IMG/VR virus record: IMGVR_UViG_3300032290_001207
Location: 1-43,418 of that record
DNA length: 43,418 nucleotides
Source of the DNA: a virus
Lineage: Duplodnaviria; Caudoviricetes
Strand: one strand, 5' to 3'
A model generated the notes under the pieces. That model did no database searches and was not told the origin of the DNA. It was given only the letters and a program-made list of their open reading frames with translations. Every line of letters begins with the position of its first letter. The stretch's first letter is position 1. Made by a program: the position numbers and the translations under genes. This document shows, in pieces, positions 27,801 through 37,895 of this stretch.

Positions 27801-28307
27801 TTAGTTAAATCTTCCTCTTCCGTCGGTAGATCTGGCATACTTAACCTCAAGGATTACGTCTGCGGATAAAAATCCCTGTAGTTCTTGAGATGGCTCAGTA
27901 GGTGATATTTCAACAACCATAGTATTAAAAAATTTAATCTTTGGGGTTGATTTTGAGGCATTTAGGTCTTTGGCTGAGTCGTCCATTCTTCTAAATACGT
28001 CTACCATAAGGTTTCTAATTTCATTGACTTCCGAGAAATTGGTGGCATAGATAGTAAATATCATTTGCTCGCAGCAGATCATCCAGTTTTCTTCATAGGA
28101 CAGTCCTATCTTGTCATAGACTATGTGCTTCTTTCCGCTCAAAAATTGATTTAGTTCGGGCTGTTGCTGTACTGGAATAATTGGGATAATCTCTTTTCCA
28201 ATATTATCGCTGTAGTAGTCTGAATCGTTAAATATCTTGTTTAATATTAACTCAGCCCAAAGATGCTTTCTTATTTCATACATTGCGTCTATATTGTAGT
28301 CTGTCAT
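27801..28307 (-). CDS. Tail terminator-like protein
   Basis: 168 aa directly upstream of the tail tube gene; assigned by synteny. Confidence 0.6.
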   Translation of the reverse strand: MTDYNIDAMYEIRKHLWAELILNKIFNDSDYYSDNIGKEIIPIIPVQQQPELNQFLSGKKHIVYDKIGLSYEENWMICCEQMIFTIYATNFSEVNEIRNLMVDVFRRMDDSAKDLNASKSTPKIKFFNTMVVEISPTEPSQELQGFLSADVILEVKYARSTDGRGRFN

Positions 28308-29092
28308 AGTGATCCTCCAAATGCGATTGCAAGGGCTGCATCAGCCTGACTTCTAATCTGATTACTAGAGAAAGAGTACTGAACCTTTTTAATATTTGCT
28401 GGGACTCGGAGAGCATCAGAAATTTTGCGATTAAATATTTGCTGGAAACCAGATTTTCTAATAGATGCTCCTACCATGTTACCACTAAAAAATATGCTGT
28501 GGGCTAATTTAAATTGATTTGATGATGAGCGTCCGCCAGGACTTTTAACAGTGACTGAGTCTCCTTTTGGCATAAACACTACCATGCCGTCTATTTCAAA
28601 TACAAGTCTTTCTGCAGACTTTGGTCTAATGATGATTGGCATTCCTTGTTCCATAATAGAGGCTTTTTTTGCAAAGATATATTTCTTTTTTTGTTTTTTG
28701 TTGGTTGTTGGAACAGAAGTTTTTGATAGCTTAAAGTCATAATCAATTTGAAAAGAAAGACCATTTGGATTTATTTGTTTTAGTTTAAATAGCCTAGCTG
28801 TGGGCTGACCTGTTTTATTCCATTCGTACATATGGTGAAGCGACTTTGGCTTAACTCTTGAAAGAGCATCTACGTATTCTCCAAAATCTTTATCGATCTG
28901 GGTAAATATAGTATTTCTAAATAGCATCTGGAATTGTTTGTTTGCTTCTAGTTTGCCCATCACATTAGCCTGATAGTAAAGAAATGCAGATATTTGTGCA
29001 ACTGTGCTGTCTTTTACAAAGCTGCCACTTGACCCAAGCATTAGTCTTTCTAGTCCGCTTGCGGTTTGTAATAAAGCTACACTAGATTCCAA
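28304..29092 (-). CDS. Neck / tail-completion protein
   Basis: Basic ~262-aa protein between head closure and tail terminator. Probable TTG start at 29092, overlapping the upstream stop (ORF track extends to 29146). Confidence 0.5.
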   Translation of the reverse strand: MESSVALLQTASGLERLMLGSSGSFVKDSTVAQISAFLYYQANVMGKLEANKQFQMLFRNTIFTQIDKDFGEYVDALSRVKPKSLHHMYEWNKTGQPTARLFKLKQINPNGLSFQIDYDFKLSKTSVPTTNKKQKKKYIFAKKASIMEQGMPIIIRPKSAERLVFEIDGMVVFMPKGDSVTVKSPGGRSSSNQFKLAHSIFFSGNMVGASIRKSGFQQIFNRKISDALRVPANIKKVQYSFSSNQIRSQADAALAIAFGGSL

Positions 29093-29507
29093 TTTGCTGG
29101 TTCTCCGATCTTTTAACAATAGAGTTATATGCAAGTATGTTTCCAAATGGATCTGTTATTGGGGTTGAGCTAACAACTTCAAATACTGTTGGAGTCTCTG
29201 AGGGAAAGTCTAATTCTTTCCAAACAATATTTCCACTGATATCCCTAAAATTTGTTATCTTGTCTCTATAAGTAATTTGCCCGACGCTTCTTACTTCGAG
29301 CATTTGCTCATTTGTATATCTTGTATTAAGGGTTTGCCTATCTCCGCCTCTGCCTGTGCCAGAGTTAGATATTATTCCTTTTGCAGAGCACTGCATTGTT
29401 TTTGAGTATGACCATTCTTTTTTAATGGCTCCAGTGTTTACATCCTGTGTATCTGACTGAATGTATACATCAAGACGAAGTGGCATCAAAGAAGTTGCCA
29501 GGCTCAT
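29082..29507 (-). CDS. Head closure / stopper protein (SPP1 gp16-like)
   Basis: 141 aa, beta-rich pattern (LDVYIQ..QDVNTGAIKKEW; FEVVSSTPITDPFG); synteny. Confidence 0.65.
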   Translation of the reverse strand: MSLATSLMPLRLDVYIQSDTQDVNTGAIKKEWSYSKTMQCSAKGIISNSGTGRGGDRQTLNTRYTNEQMLEVRSVGQITYRDKITNFRDISGNIVWKELDFPSETPTVFEVVSSTPITDPFGNILAYNSIVKRSENQQIGI

Positions 29508-30476
29508 TTAAAATACAACCATACCGTTTGTAACATATGGGGCAAGAAGTTGATCTGCATATAAGTTTCCTGTGCCTCTGTGTGCATCTTCCATAAACTC
29601 AAACTTCCAGTCAAATGTGCTTATGTTTTTTACATACTTATCTTTCCATGCACGATCTTGTTCAAAATACTGTTTCATTAAAATCTTACAAGCTTCTCTA
29701 ACATTGTCTGGAACGTAGTACCATCCAAAAACTCCATCAACTTTATACCTGAAATCTTTTTTAAATGCTCCAGAATATCCCCTGCTATTTACTGATGGGG
29801 GGATCATTCCATTTGCTGAGTAGACGGTGTCGTCTTGAAGATCTTGAAGGTTAACTCTAATTCCGTAGCTTGACTCAGACACTATTGGAGTGTAGAACCA
29901 GTTATTTATAACCAACCCAGATTGAAATACCTTAACGTCTTCTTCATGTAAACTTGTAATTTCTTCTATTCTAATTGGTAGAGGAAGTATGTCTGACCCA
30001 TATCCTTGAGCAACCTGTGTTCCATTGTATGAATAAAAAACTTGGTTTGTATAAGCCTCAATTAATTTTCTAGCATATTTCTCTGCTAGCTGAAGCTCGC
30101 CATAAGTTTTGTAGTTTGGGTCAGATGGGTCTGTGCCAAAATTTAAATCATCTATTACATCTGCTATATTTACATAAGGAGTTACAATATCTACTATTTG
30201 AGTATTTTGTCCTTCTACTCCACCAACACGATATGTCCAAGTAATTCTAAGTTTTTTAGGGACAGAAGTTAAACTGTATGGTATTGTTATTTGATAGGTT
30301 CCTATATCGGACTCAATCTTTGTGGCAGTATAAGTGGCAATTGTAGGATAGACTGTTCCGTTAGCAGTTACTTCTTTTACTACTGCGGTTACTGCTCCGT
30401 CTGCATCTGTTATTTCTCCACCCCAATATATTTTTGTGTTTATTGGTGATGTTTGAGATTTATATATTTCTGCCAT
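29508..30476 (-). CDS. Head-to-tail adaptor with N-terminal Ig-like extension
   Basis: ARKLIEAYTNQVF and FGWYYVPDNVREAC motifs typical of gp15/gp6-like adaptors. Confidence 0.7.
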   Translation of the reverse strand: MAEIYKSQTSPINTKIYWGGEITDADGAVTAVVKEVTANGTVYPTIATYTATKIESDIGTYQITIPYSLTSVPKKLRITWTYRVGGVEGQNTQIVDIVTPYVNIADVIDDLNFGTDPSDPNYKTYGELQLAEKYARKLIEAYTNQVFYSYNGTQVAQGYGSDILPLPIRIEEITSLHEEDVKVFQSGLVINNWFYTPIVSESSYGIRVNLQDLQDDTVYSANGMIPPSVNSRGYSGAFKKDFRYKVDGVFGWYYVPDNVREACKILMKQYFEQDRAWKDKYVKNISTFDWKFEFMEDAHRGTGNLYADQLLAPYVTNGMVVF

Positions 30477-30492
30477 TAACTTATGTTAACGC

Positions 30493-30885
30493 TTAGTGAT
30501 AAAAGTCTTGGACTTCCTTTGGTGTCGCTAAACGAAAACCCTCCTCTGTATCAAAAATTTTTTGAGCATCTTCTTCTGGCATTGCTACAAATGGATGTTC
30601 CTTTGTAAAGGTGTAACCATGAATATCGTATCGATAATTCTCTCTTGTCATTCTTACCAAAATAGAGTCTTCGTCTATCTTCTTTGGATCTAGTCTAGGG
30701 ATAACTTCAATCTCTTCTAGATTATCTTCAATTTCCTGCTTTGTCTTTTGATAGACTGACCAAGAAACTCCTTCTTCAGATAGGGCTGCAATAATGTCTT
30801 TTTTATTCTTTAAGCCTTCTGTGTCAACCGCAAAATCTTCTGCAATTACTTTTAATTCGGCTACCTTTAATGTGTCAAACGACAT
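30493..30885 (-). CDS. Hypothetical protein with N-terminal HeH/Rho_N-like motif
   Basis: LKVAELKVIAEDFAVDTEGLKNKKDIIAAL; AAGGAG RBS; follows the MCP. Confidence 0.6.
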   Translation of the reverse strand: MSFDTLKVAELKVIAEDFAVDTEGLKNKKDIIAALSEEGVSWSVYQKTKQEIEDNLEEIEVIPRLDPKKIDEDSILVRMTRENYRYDIHGYTFTKEHPFVAMPEEDAQKIFDTEEGFRLATPKEVQDFYH

Positions 30886-30915
30886 ACTTATATTCTCCTT
30901 TTTCTAGGTCCTTTA

Positions 30916-30924
30916 ATTATAGCA
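30916..30924 (-). promoter_or_regulatory. Extended -10 promoter (TGCTATAAT)
   Basis: Lies between the MCP terminator and the next RBS; -35 is weak. Confidence 0.6.
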
Positions 30925-30934
30925 TTGTTAAATT

Positions 30935-30966
30935 AAAATGAAAAGCCCCCAAAATTAATTGGGGGC
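30935..30966 (-). terminator. Intrinsic terminator after major capsid gene
   Basis: GCCCCCAA-TTAATT-TTGGGGGC followed by TTTTCATTTT. Confidence 0.85.
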
Positions 30967-30992
30967 ATTTCGGTAGTTTAATTCTTAATTAA

Positions 30993-32042
30993 TTAAGAAG
31001 CAACCTTAACGTTCTTTACGACTACCCAAGCATCTGCTTGCTCGATCTGGACGCCAACACGAGTATACATTGTGTACTCGACTGAGTCCTTACGTGGCCA
31101 GAAGAAGCGGTAAACAGTAACATCACGCTTGATACCAATAACAACGTTATTTGGGAATGTCAAGTGGATATCTCCGTGTGAACCTGATGGTGTAGCATAG
31201 TCACCAGTCTGTGTCTCGCTAAGAAGTGGAACTTCAACGATTGGAATACCAAATGCGTATGGAGCTACATATCCTGCTGGACCTCCAACAACTGGAACAT
31301 CACCACGGATGATGCCTGAAGCAATATCCTGTGGGTTTGCAAAGTTTGTTGAATTAGATGTTGAATATAGGTAATCCTGGATCAAGTTTGATCCTGCAAG
31401 GAAGCGAAGGTCTGTACGACGCTGCTTGTACTTACGTGGAAGTGCCTTAAGTGCTGAGTTGAATACAGCACGTGAGATATTTGCTCCAGCTGCGTCAACA
31501 ACGCGACCTGAAGTCTTTGCCTTCTTTACAACGCCATTAAATGACTTGTAAAGAGCATCTCCTGTTAGAGTAGTATCTCCATTGAGGATCAGGTCTTCAA
31601 TGTCATTACCTGCTTGTGTTGCCATCATTCTGGCAATATGGTCTTCGACGTCTGCGCCTTCAATATTGTCTTCAAGAGACTCTGTTGAAAGTTCCCAGTC
31701 CATACGAAGCTTCTTTGTTGTCAAAGAAATTTTTGAGAATGTTACAGGTGAGTTAACTCCTGTGTTGTCTGCCTCAGTTGCAAGCTTTACAAGCTTCTCA
31801 CCGATAGACATACGGTCAATCTCTGTTGTATCAGATTTCATTCGGACAGTACGTGCAACCTTACCAATTACGGTAGCGTCGAACATATAGTCTAGAAATC
31901 GCGCTGATTGTTCTGGGTTTAGAAGTCCACCATTGCCATTTTCAGACGCTGTGTGTACTCCAGTTCCACCAGTTGCGGATGCATAGCTACCAGTTACGTT
32001 TGTACCTGCTGCTACTGCTTTTTCTAATAGTTCATTACTCAT
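30993..32042 (-). CDS. Major capsid protein (HK97 fold)
   Basis: 349 aa with GGLLNPEQ, ELSTESLEDNIEG, LILNGD and AFGIPIVEVP; between scaffold and terminator. Confidence 0.92.
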   Translation of the reverse strand: MSNELLEKAVAAGTNVTGSYASATGGTGVHTASENGNGGLLNPEQSARFLDYMFDATVIGKVARTVRMKSDTTEIDRMSIGEKLVKLATEADNTGVNSPVTFSKISLTTKKLRMDWELSTESLEDNIEGADVEDHIARMMATQAGNDIEDLILNGDTTLTGDALYKSFNGVVKKAKTSGRVVDAAGANISRAVFNSALKALPRKYKQRRTDLRFLAGSNLIQDYLYSTSNSTNFANPQDIASGIIRGDVPVVGGPAGYVAPYAFGIPIVEVPLLSETQTGDYATPSGSHGDIHLTFPNNVVIGIKRDVTVYRFFWPRKDSVEYTMYTRVGVQIEQADAWVVVKNVKVAS

Positions 32043-32060
32043 TTTTATTTCACCTACCCT

Positions 32061-33371
32061 TTAGTTTGAAAAGATTTCATTTACGGAACCGAGGAAAGAA
32101 CCGTTCCATGTTGATTTTTTTGTTACAACCTCTGAACGGCCAAGATCAGAAGACTTCTTAATAGCTGTGTCGCCTTCAACGGCATCTACACGCTTTTGTA
32201 CACCATCAATGGTGCCTTTGATTTCTAGCACTGCTGCATTTAGTGCAGTATGCTTTTCTGCCAACTCTGCAATTTGGCCATTTACGCTCTTGCTAAATGA
32301 CTCAACTGTTTCTTTAATTTCTGAAACTTGAGCCGCATTTGCGTCTGTAGCCTTTGCGAGTGTCTCCGAGAAAAATCCCTTAAGATCGCCTAACATTTTT
32401 GCAAAGTCAGGATCAGCTGTTTTTTCAACTGTTTCTTCAACGGAGTCGGCAGGAGTTGTGTCTTCGATTGTTTCTGCAATAGCCTCAACTGCTGCTACTT
32501 CTTCTACAACCTCAACAGACTTTTCAATAGTTGCTTCTGCTTCTACAGCTTCTACAACTACATCATTTTGTACGTCTGACATCTCATTACCTCCTTCTAC
32601 GTTTGCCTGTTTTGCAATTGTTTGTGTTTCAGGCAACGCTAATCTTGTCTTCTTAAATGAAGCAAGAATTTTATCTATTTCTTTAGACTTGTTCATATCT
32701 GAACTTTCTACCCAACCAATAATCTTGGCTGGCTTTCCTGTAATTGGTGAATCAAAAGTTTTTTCTGTTGACATAAATACAGAATCGCTTTCTTCACAAT
32801 AAAAAATATTTTCTGTAACGACTTCTGCTGCCATACCTTTAAATATAAGTTGGCCATCCATTTTTTCAATTGAAAGAATATTGCATAGCTGATTTGCTGG
32901 TGAGTCTACTATTGATAACTCTACAAGATCATAGGCTTTAATAAATCTAACTTGGGTTCCGTCTGCCTTGTTAACTTCGTTGTCAGACTCTGTTATTTTC
33001 CCGCCGATTGAAAAACCAGAAAGAGTGCCATCAAGAACTTTTTCCCAAGTATCTTGTGCACCCTTTGATATATATGAAGTTACATAAACTCCATTGTAAA
33101 ATTCTTTTGTTGTCTGATCATAGTATGTTTCTGGTTTAAATGAAACAACTTTGCCAACAGCCATTGGTTGATGCATCTCACGAAGGTTGCCTCTAAAGCT
33201 TTCAAAGGCTTTCATGCTTGCTTCAGCAGTAACAACATCTCCTGTTTGATCAACATTATCTAATGTTGCAAATCCAGAGACTGTTCTGTTTTCACGGTTG
33301 ACTTTAGTAAATGGAACCGACAAGTGCAAGTTGTCGCCATTACTGGACCATAGGCCTTTTTCAATGTTCAT
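32061..33371 (-). CDS. Prohead protease (XkdF/HK97-like) fused to acidic scaffold domain
   Basis: VSGFAT..VDQTGD, LREMH, GFSIGG and ELSIVDSPAN motifs; Glu/Ala/Val-rich coiled-coil C-terminal half. Confidence 0.88.
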   Translation of the reverse strand: MNIEKGLWSSNGDNLHLSVPFTKVNRENRTVSGFATLDNVDQTGDVVTAEASMKAFESFRGNLREMHQPMAVGKVVSFKPETYYDQTTKEFYNGVYVTSYISKGAQDTWEKVLDGTLSGFSIGGKITESDNEVNKADGTQVRFIKAYDLVELSIVDSPANQLCNILSIEKMDGQLIFKGMAAEVVTENIFYCEESDSVFMSTEKTFDSPITGKPAKIIGWVESSDMNKSKEIDKILASFKKTRLALPETQTIAKQANVEGGNEMSDVQNDVVVEAVEAEATIEKSVEVVEEVAAVEAIAETIEDTTPADSVEETVEKTADPDFAKMLGDLKGFFSETLAKATDANAAQVSEIKETVESFSKSVNGQIAELAEKHTALNAAVLEIKGTIDGVQKRVDAVEGDTAIKKSSDLGRSEVVTKKSTWNGSFLGSVNEIFSN

Positions 33372-33378
33372 ATGCTTA

Positions 33379-33407
33379 ATTTTATAGGTTTATTTACTCT
33401 AACGCAA
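33379..33407 (-). promoter_or_regulatory. Sigma70-type promoter, probably leaderless
   Basis: TTGCGT-17nt-TAAAAT, 7 nt upstream of the ATG at 33371; no SD. Confidence 0.55.
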
Positions 33408-33424
33408 ATAACAGTCGATTAAAC

Positions 33425-35017
33425 TTATTTGACTTTTGGACCATCGCCTTTAGGGTTTCTGGCCTCTCCGCTTTTGTCTGGCGCATTTGCAGATCTTTGC
33501 TGGTCTCTTCTTCTATTACCAGTAGACTTGGCATTTTGATCAGCAGCCTGTTGTGGCTTTAAATCTACCATTTCGTCTCCGCCGTCTACGGTTGTCATGT
33601 TCTTTCTAATACGAACTTCATTAGGGGTAATGACCTGCATCCTTAAGTATATCTCATCAATTCGGCTTTGGGTTTCTTCATCAGTAAGGCTGAGCTCATT
33701 AAATTTTAGCTGTACTACATCTGTTTTTTCTGCAATTAAATAATTTAATTTCTTTTCAAGTCTGTCCTGTGAGGGGCGGCAGACTTGCTCTTTAAATGTT
33801 TTATCCGCATCTCTAGCGGCAGCAAGGTTAATTCCTTCTGGAATACCTATCTTGCTAATTGGAACACGATGAGCCAATAAGATTTCATCTCTATTAGATT
33901 TACGATAGATGTTAAATGAAGACTCTTGTTCGCCTGCCTCAATTGGCTCCATTTTAAATTCAGTTTTTGAGTCTGGAGTATCTGCTGGCAATGGTATATA
34001 TAGGGATCTGTGGTTCTTGCCCTTTAGTCCAACTTGGAAAAACTCAAGCAATTTTCTTTCTGACTCTGGGGAAAGCTTTGCTCCTTTTACTGTAATAATA
34101 TATCTTGGGACCGCTTTATTTTCAAAGTAGTCTAGGTTATATCTTCCCGCAAATTCATTTCCTGCCAGCGCTTGTTGCGCTGCAATAATGTCTGGTACTC
34201 CGTAGTAGTTATTCATTGGAGTATATTTCTTTAAATGTATAATTTCATTTGGTCTATCTTCTTGACCAGCAATTGGGCTAGGTGTCTCTAGGTCTCCAAA
34301 GTTTCTAAAGAAGACTGCTTTGCCATAAAGAAGCTGGATGAATCCGTCACGGAATCTTCTTACACGCATTGTTTTGGCTGGTATGTGGCCTATGTAGCCT
34401 ATATCTCCAGCAGTTGTACGTCCTATCTCTATGTAACCATTTCCCGTTGCCTCAAGGTCTGTGTAGGCCTTTATAAGGGTCTCTGTAAATGACTCTTCCT
34501 CATTGCAATCGTCAAGCCATCGGTCTAGTTGTGTTTTAATTCTATCAATTTTTGAACGTGCTCTATCTAATTGCTTGTCATCATTTATTGCATCCATTGC
34601 ATCTTTGGCCTTAGATGTTTCTGTGAAGATGTATCCAAGCCCTACAATATTTGAAACTTTAGCATTAATCGCTGCATAGTTATATGTTGATACTTCATAA
34701 ATTTTTGAAAGGTACTCTAGGTTATATGTAGGCTCAACTAGATCAAATAATGCGTACCCACTAATTGCTTGCTGTAATAAGTTTTGCTGGGTGCCTACGC
34801 CAGTTGTTCCAACAAATGCCTTTGAAAAATCACGATTAATCTTACGCTTAAAATTTGCTCCAAGGCCTCTTAGCTTTTTAATTTCATCAAGACCAATCTT
34901 AAATGGATCGTCTTGGGGCCCGTCTAATTTTTGAAAATAAAACCAGTCAGATGTATTAGATATATCAATTGTAGATACGCTATCAATTTCATCTTCAATA
35001 GATTCTAGTCTTTTCAT
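33425..35017 (-). CDS. Portal protein
   Basis: 530 aa with TGNGYIEI, EIIHLK...YYGVP, YFENKAVP, AHRVP and ITPNEVR motifs of HK97/PBSX-type portals. Confidence 0.92.
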   Translation of the reverse strand: MKRLESIEDEIDSVSTIDISNTSDWFYFQKLDGPQDDPFKIGLDEIKKLRGLGANFKRKINRDFSKAFVGTTGVGTQQNLLQQAISGYALFDLVEPTYNLEYLSKIYEVSTYNYAAINAKVSNIVGLGYIFTETSKAKDAMDAINDDKQLDRARSKIDRIKTQLDRWLDDCNEEESFTETLIKAYTDLEATGNGYIEIGRTTAGDIGYIGHIPAKTMRVRRFRDGFIQLLYGKAVFFRNFGDLETPSPIAGQEDRPNEIIHLKKYTPMNNYYGVPDIIAAQQALAGNEFAGRYNLDYFENKAVPRYIITVKGAKLSPESERKLLEFFQVGLKGKNHRSLYIPLPADTPDSKTEFKMEPIEAGEQESSFNIYRKSNRDEILLAHRVPISKIGIPEGINLAAARDADKTFKEQVCRPSQDRLEKKLNYLIAEKTDVVQLKFNELSLTDEETQSRIDEIYLRMQVITPNEVRIRKNMTTVDGGDEMVDLKPQQAADQNAKSTGNRRRDQQRSANAPDKSGEARNPKGDGPKVK

Positions 35018-35352
35018 TTTACTTTACCGTTTCTAAGCATTTCATCTTTATAAACACCAATGTCCATAGGGTCTGGGGTAAGGCCCCATTTTAGTCTTTC
35101 GTTTTGATATTCAAATTCTTCGTCGTCAATTTTTCTTCTACCAGAAAGGAATTTAGGTTGGCCCTCATAAATACCGTATGAGCGAACCTCTCTAGCCAAA
35201 GCGTCCATTTTAGATCTGTTTCCTTTTTTAGATGTGACTGAGAGGAAGTTGCCATCGTCGTCTCCAATCCATCTGCCATCAGGCATTTCCCATACGTATA
35301 TGCCAAGTGTGGTTTCTTCTAGAATCTGTGATTTTTGGTTTAAGATATTCAT
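35014..35352 (-). CDS. Hypothetical protein coupled to portal
   Basis: Probable start MNILNQ at 35352, because the longer start falls inside the promoter; ATGA overlap with the portal gene. Confidence 0.7.
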   Translation of the reverse strand: MNILNQKSQILEETTLGIYVWEMPDGRWIGDDDGNFLSVTSKKGNRSKMDALAREVRSYGIYEGQPKFLSGRRKIDDEEFEYQNERLKWGLTPDPMDIGVYKDEMLRNGKVK

Positions 35353-35360
35353 AGACCTTA

Positions 35361-35389
35361 ATTGTACCATCACTTAGCATTAAAGTCTA
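35361..35389 (-). promoter_or_regulatory. Sigma70-type promoter for portal operon
   Basis: TAGACT-17nt-TACAAT with TGG extension, 8 nt before the ATG. Confidence 0.6.
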
Positions 35390-35414
35390 CAATCTGTACA
35401 CCAACCTGACACAA

Positions 35415-37160
35415 TTAGATACTTTGAAGCACAATCCAGTCATTGGAATAGGTATAAATCTCTGGCTGTGACAATGTCGTCGCATTTCCAGAAGCTACGG
35501 ATGTTGATCTTCCTATATATAGCTCATAGTGATTAAGGGCTATTGCTGGAGTTACAGCTTTTTTATAGAACGCCATATTTTTATATGTTGACTCTGTCCA
35601 TGGAGCCGCAGTAGCATCTGATATTGAATTAAATATAATCTCAGCATTTGAGACGGGAGAACTGAATATAATAAATACGTGGTGCAAATTGTTATTTAAA
35701 AATATTGAGTCAGCCAGAGTTGCAGAAGTTTTGTCTACTCCATTTACATATATCTTTGAAATATTGGACTTTGAAATAGTGTTTAATTTCCATTCAAATT
35801 TAGTTCCAGCTGTATAGAACAATCCTCCATTTGATGATATTGTAGAAGGGGTGTAGAAAAATTCAATGCCATATATATCACTAATAAATTGAGTAGTACT
35901 AAAGCTGCTATCTGACTTTACATGGATCCCGCTATTTTTTGCCCTTAATAATACTGGGTAGTCCACTGTAAATAAATCGTACTCTGAATCTGAATACAGT
36001 ATGTCTCCAGAATTTTCACAGAGTACATCTTTGTTGCTAAAAAAATCAATATTAAAATATGAAAGTCTTGGTAGTATTCTTAGTGTCTCGTTTGCCGTCA
36101 TTGTTATTTTTATAAATAATATTCTTGATGTAGTAGTGGAACCTTTTTTAAATTGAGGTAAGGCTTCTCCATTAACACATGGTGTCCAAGATCCGCCTTC
36201 AACTTTTGATTCTACTGAAATTCCAGTTTTTCCCCTCCATTCTATTTTTGAGGAAACTGTACTAACCGAACTTGGAAGAAATATTTCTTTTATAATTTCG
36301 TAAGAGTTGTTTCCTACATATGTTGAAAATCCAAGAAACCGTTTTGCTGAATCATAAAATAAATATTCTTCGTAAGCTTCTTCATCTAAAGACAGGTTAG
36401 AATAAGAATAAGTGTATGAAGGTCTTATAGAATTTTGACTTATTGTAAATATTACCCCAGAGTCTGGCTTTGCAACCTGTACTGGATTGATATAATCTTT
36501 GCCGTAATAGTAGTGAGATAGGGCCAGGCTTTCTGTCAAAGAGTATCTATATATTGCTGGTGCGTCGATTATAAAAGAATCGGCAGCAGATTGTGTTGGA
36601 CCAACAGTAAGGTCTAAAGATGTGTTTGTGTAGGGAAAATCATTTATTTCAATTGCAGACACAGATTGTCCGTTTATATATAGCTGCATGGAATTTAAAG
36701 AATAGGTCGCAACAATATGTATTGCTTCGTCTGGGTCATTTAGCAGGTGATCAATTCTTTGTCCTTCTAGTAAAAAAACAATCTTGCCAGCTTCATAAAA
36801 TAGTCCTATATTCTTTAGCCTATCTGCTAAGATTGTAGTTTTGTTTTGTGTTGTTATGTTTTGCTTAAACCATAGCTCAATTGAAAAAGCATTGTCTTCA
36901 GTTTTTCTAACTCCAAAAGGAGTAACAGATTGGATGCCATAAAAATTTTTATCAATATTTAACTGTATAGATTTTGTATTCGTTATTAGTGTGCCTGAAA
37001 CTCCACCTAAAACTATTGGTAAAATGTTAGAGGATATGCCGCCCACATAGGTTGAATTGTTTCCACAACCAGAAATATCATATGCAGTAGTACCAGAAGA
37101 TTCGTCCAGCGGCCAAAAGGCTATTGGATTATCTTTTATTACTCTAAGTGCATAGGACAT
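35415..37160 (-). CDS. LamG / concanavalin A-like lectin-domain protein, probably virion-associated
   Basis: DNPIAFWPLDESSGTTAYDISG, FSIELWF, HIVATY, LYING, IDAPAIY; a second degenerate LamG-like domain at the C-terminus. Confidence 0.8.
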   Translation of the reverse strand: MSYALRVIKDNPIAFWPLDESSGTTAYDISGCGNNSTYVGGISSNILPIVLGGVSGTLITNTKSIQLNIDKNFYGIQSVTPFGVRKTEDNAFSIELWFKQNITTQNKTTILADRLKNIGLFYEAGKIVFLLEGQRIDHLLNDPDEAIHIVATYSLNSMQLYINGQSVSAIEINDFPYTNTSLDLTVGPTQSAADSFIIDAPAIYRYSLTESLALSHYYYGKDYINPVQVAKPDSGVIFTISQNSIRPSYTYSYSNLSLDEEAYEEYLFYDSAKRFLGFSTYVGNNSYEIIKEIFLPSSVSTVSSKIEWRGKTGISVESKVEGGSWTPCVNGEALPQFKKGSTTTSRILFIKITMTANETLRILPRLSYFNIDFFSNKDVLCENSGDILYSDSEYDLFTVDYPVLLRAKNSGIHVKSDSSFSTTQFISDIYGIEFFYTPSTISSNGGLFYTAGTKFEWKLNTISKSNISKIYVNGVDKTSATLADSIFLNNNLHHVFIIFSSPVSNAEIIFNSISDATAAPWTESTYKNMAFYKKAVTPAIALNHYELYIGRSTSVASGNATTLSQPEIYTYSNDWIVLQSI

Positions 37161-37166
37161 AATAAG

Positions 37167-37175
37167 ATTATAGCA
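37167..37175 (-). promoter_or_regulatory. Extended -10 promoter, probably leaderless mRNA
   Basis: TGC-TATAAT followed by 6 nt and then the ATG at 37160. Confidence 0.65.
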
Positions 37176-37180
37176 GTTTT

Positions 37181-37894
37181 TTACATTGCGTCTGGCATCT
37201 CATCTTCTACAGGAGTTTCTCCGTGTAGCCAATGATTTGGCACCATGTACTTATACCCACTTTTAATTAAATGTGCTGTGTGATGATATGGGGCCGAGGA
37301 TGGGAAGATAATTACGCTTCCTGCTTCTGGCTTAATGCCAAATGTTATCTTATCAGCGTTTCTAGGGTCATCGAAATCTTCACCAGGCTTTTCTTCCATA
37401 GTAAGGGCATCGTATCCTTTAACTGTAAATGAAATTTCGCCGCCTTCATAATTATCATTTAAGTACATTACCATAGAAAACTTTAATCGGCCATCGCCCT
37501 CTTGCTGATCGTAGTGGCCGCCCATCATTGTTCCTGTTGAATACTTATTGATTTCAAAGTTTGGAAAAAGATTAACTGGCTCTTGAACATCCTTGGCTGC
37601 TGCATACTCAGCAGCAACATTTTCAAAAGCAGACTTAATCGTATTAATGATATACTCTGCCTTTTCTCTTTCTTCAATATTTCCAATTGCAGATATTTGT
37701 GATCGGTAGGTAGGCTTTTTTTGTCCGTAAACATACATCTGTCCGCTACATGCGCTCCACTCTTCCCATGGTTTTACTGCAGACTTTATATTATCAATTA
37801 AATCTGATTCTTCAATTAATGCAACTAGCTTTTCTGGGTCTTCTATTGCATTTTTATAATAGTAAACATTTTCTTCTAATATTTCAAGATTCAT
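37181..37894 (-). CDS. 2OG-Fe(II) oxygenase, prolyl 4-hydroxylase-like (#5)
   Basis: HYD, YLNDNYEGGE, IFPS..YHH and KY motifs. Confidence 0.9.
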   Translation of the reverse strand: MNLEILEENVYYYKNAIEDPEKLVALIEESDLIDNIKSAVKPWEEWSACSGQMYVYGQKKPTYRSQISAIGNIEEREKAEYIINTIKSAFENVAAEYAAAKDVQEPVNLFPNFEINKYSTGTMMGGHYDQQEGDGRLKFSMVMYLNDNYEGGEISFTVKGYDALTMEEKPGEDFDDPRNADKITFGIKPEAGSVIIFPSSAPYHHTAHLIKSGYKYMVPNHWLHGETPVEDEMPDAM

Positions 37895-37895
37895 T

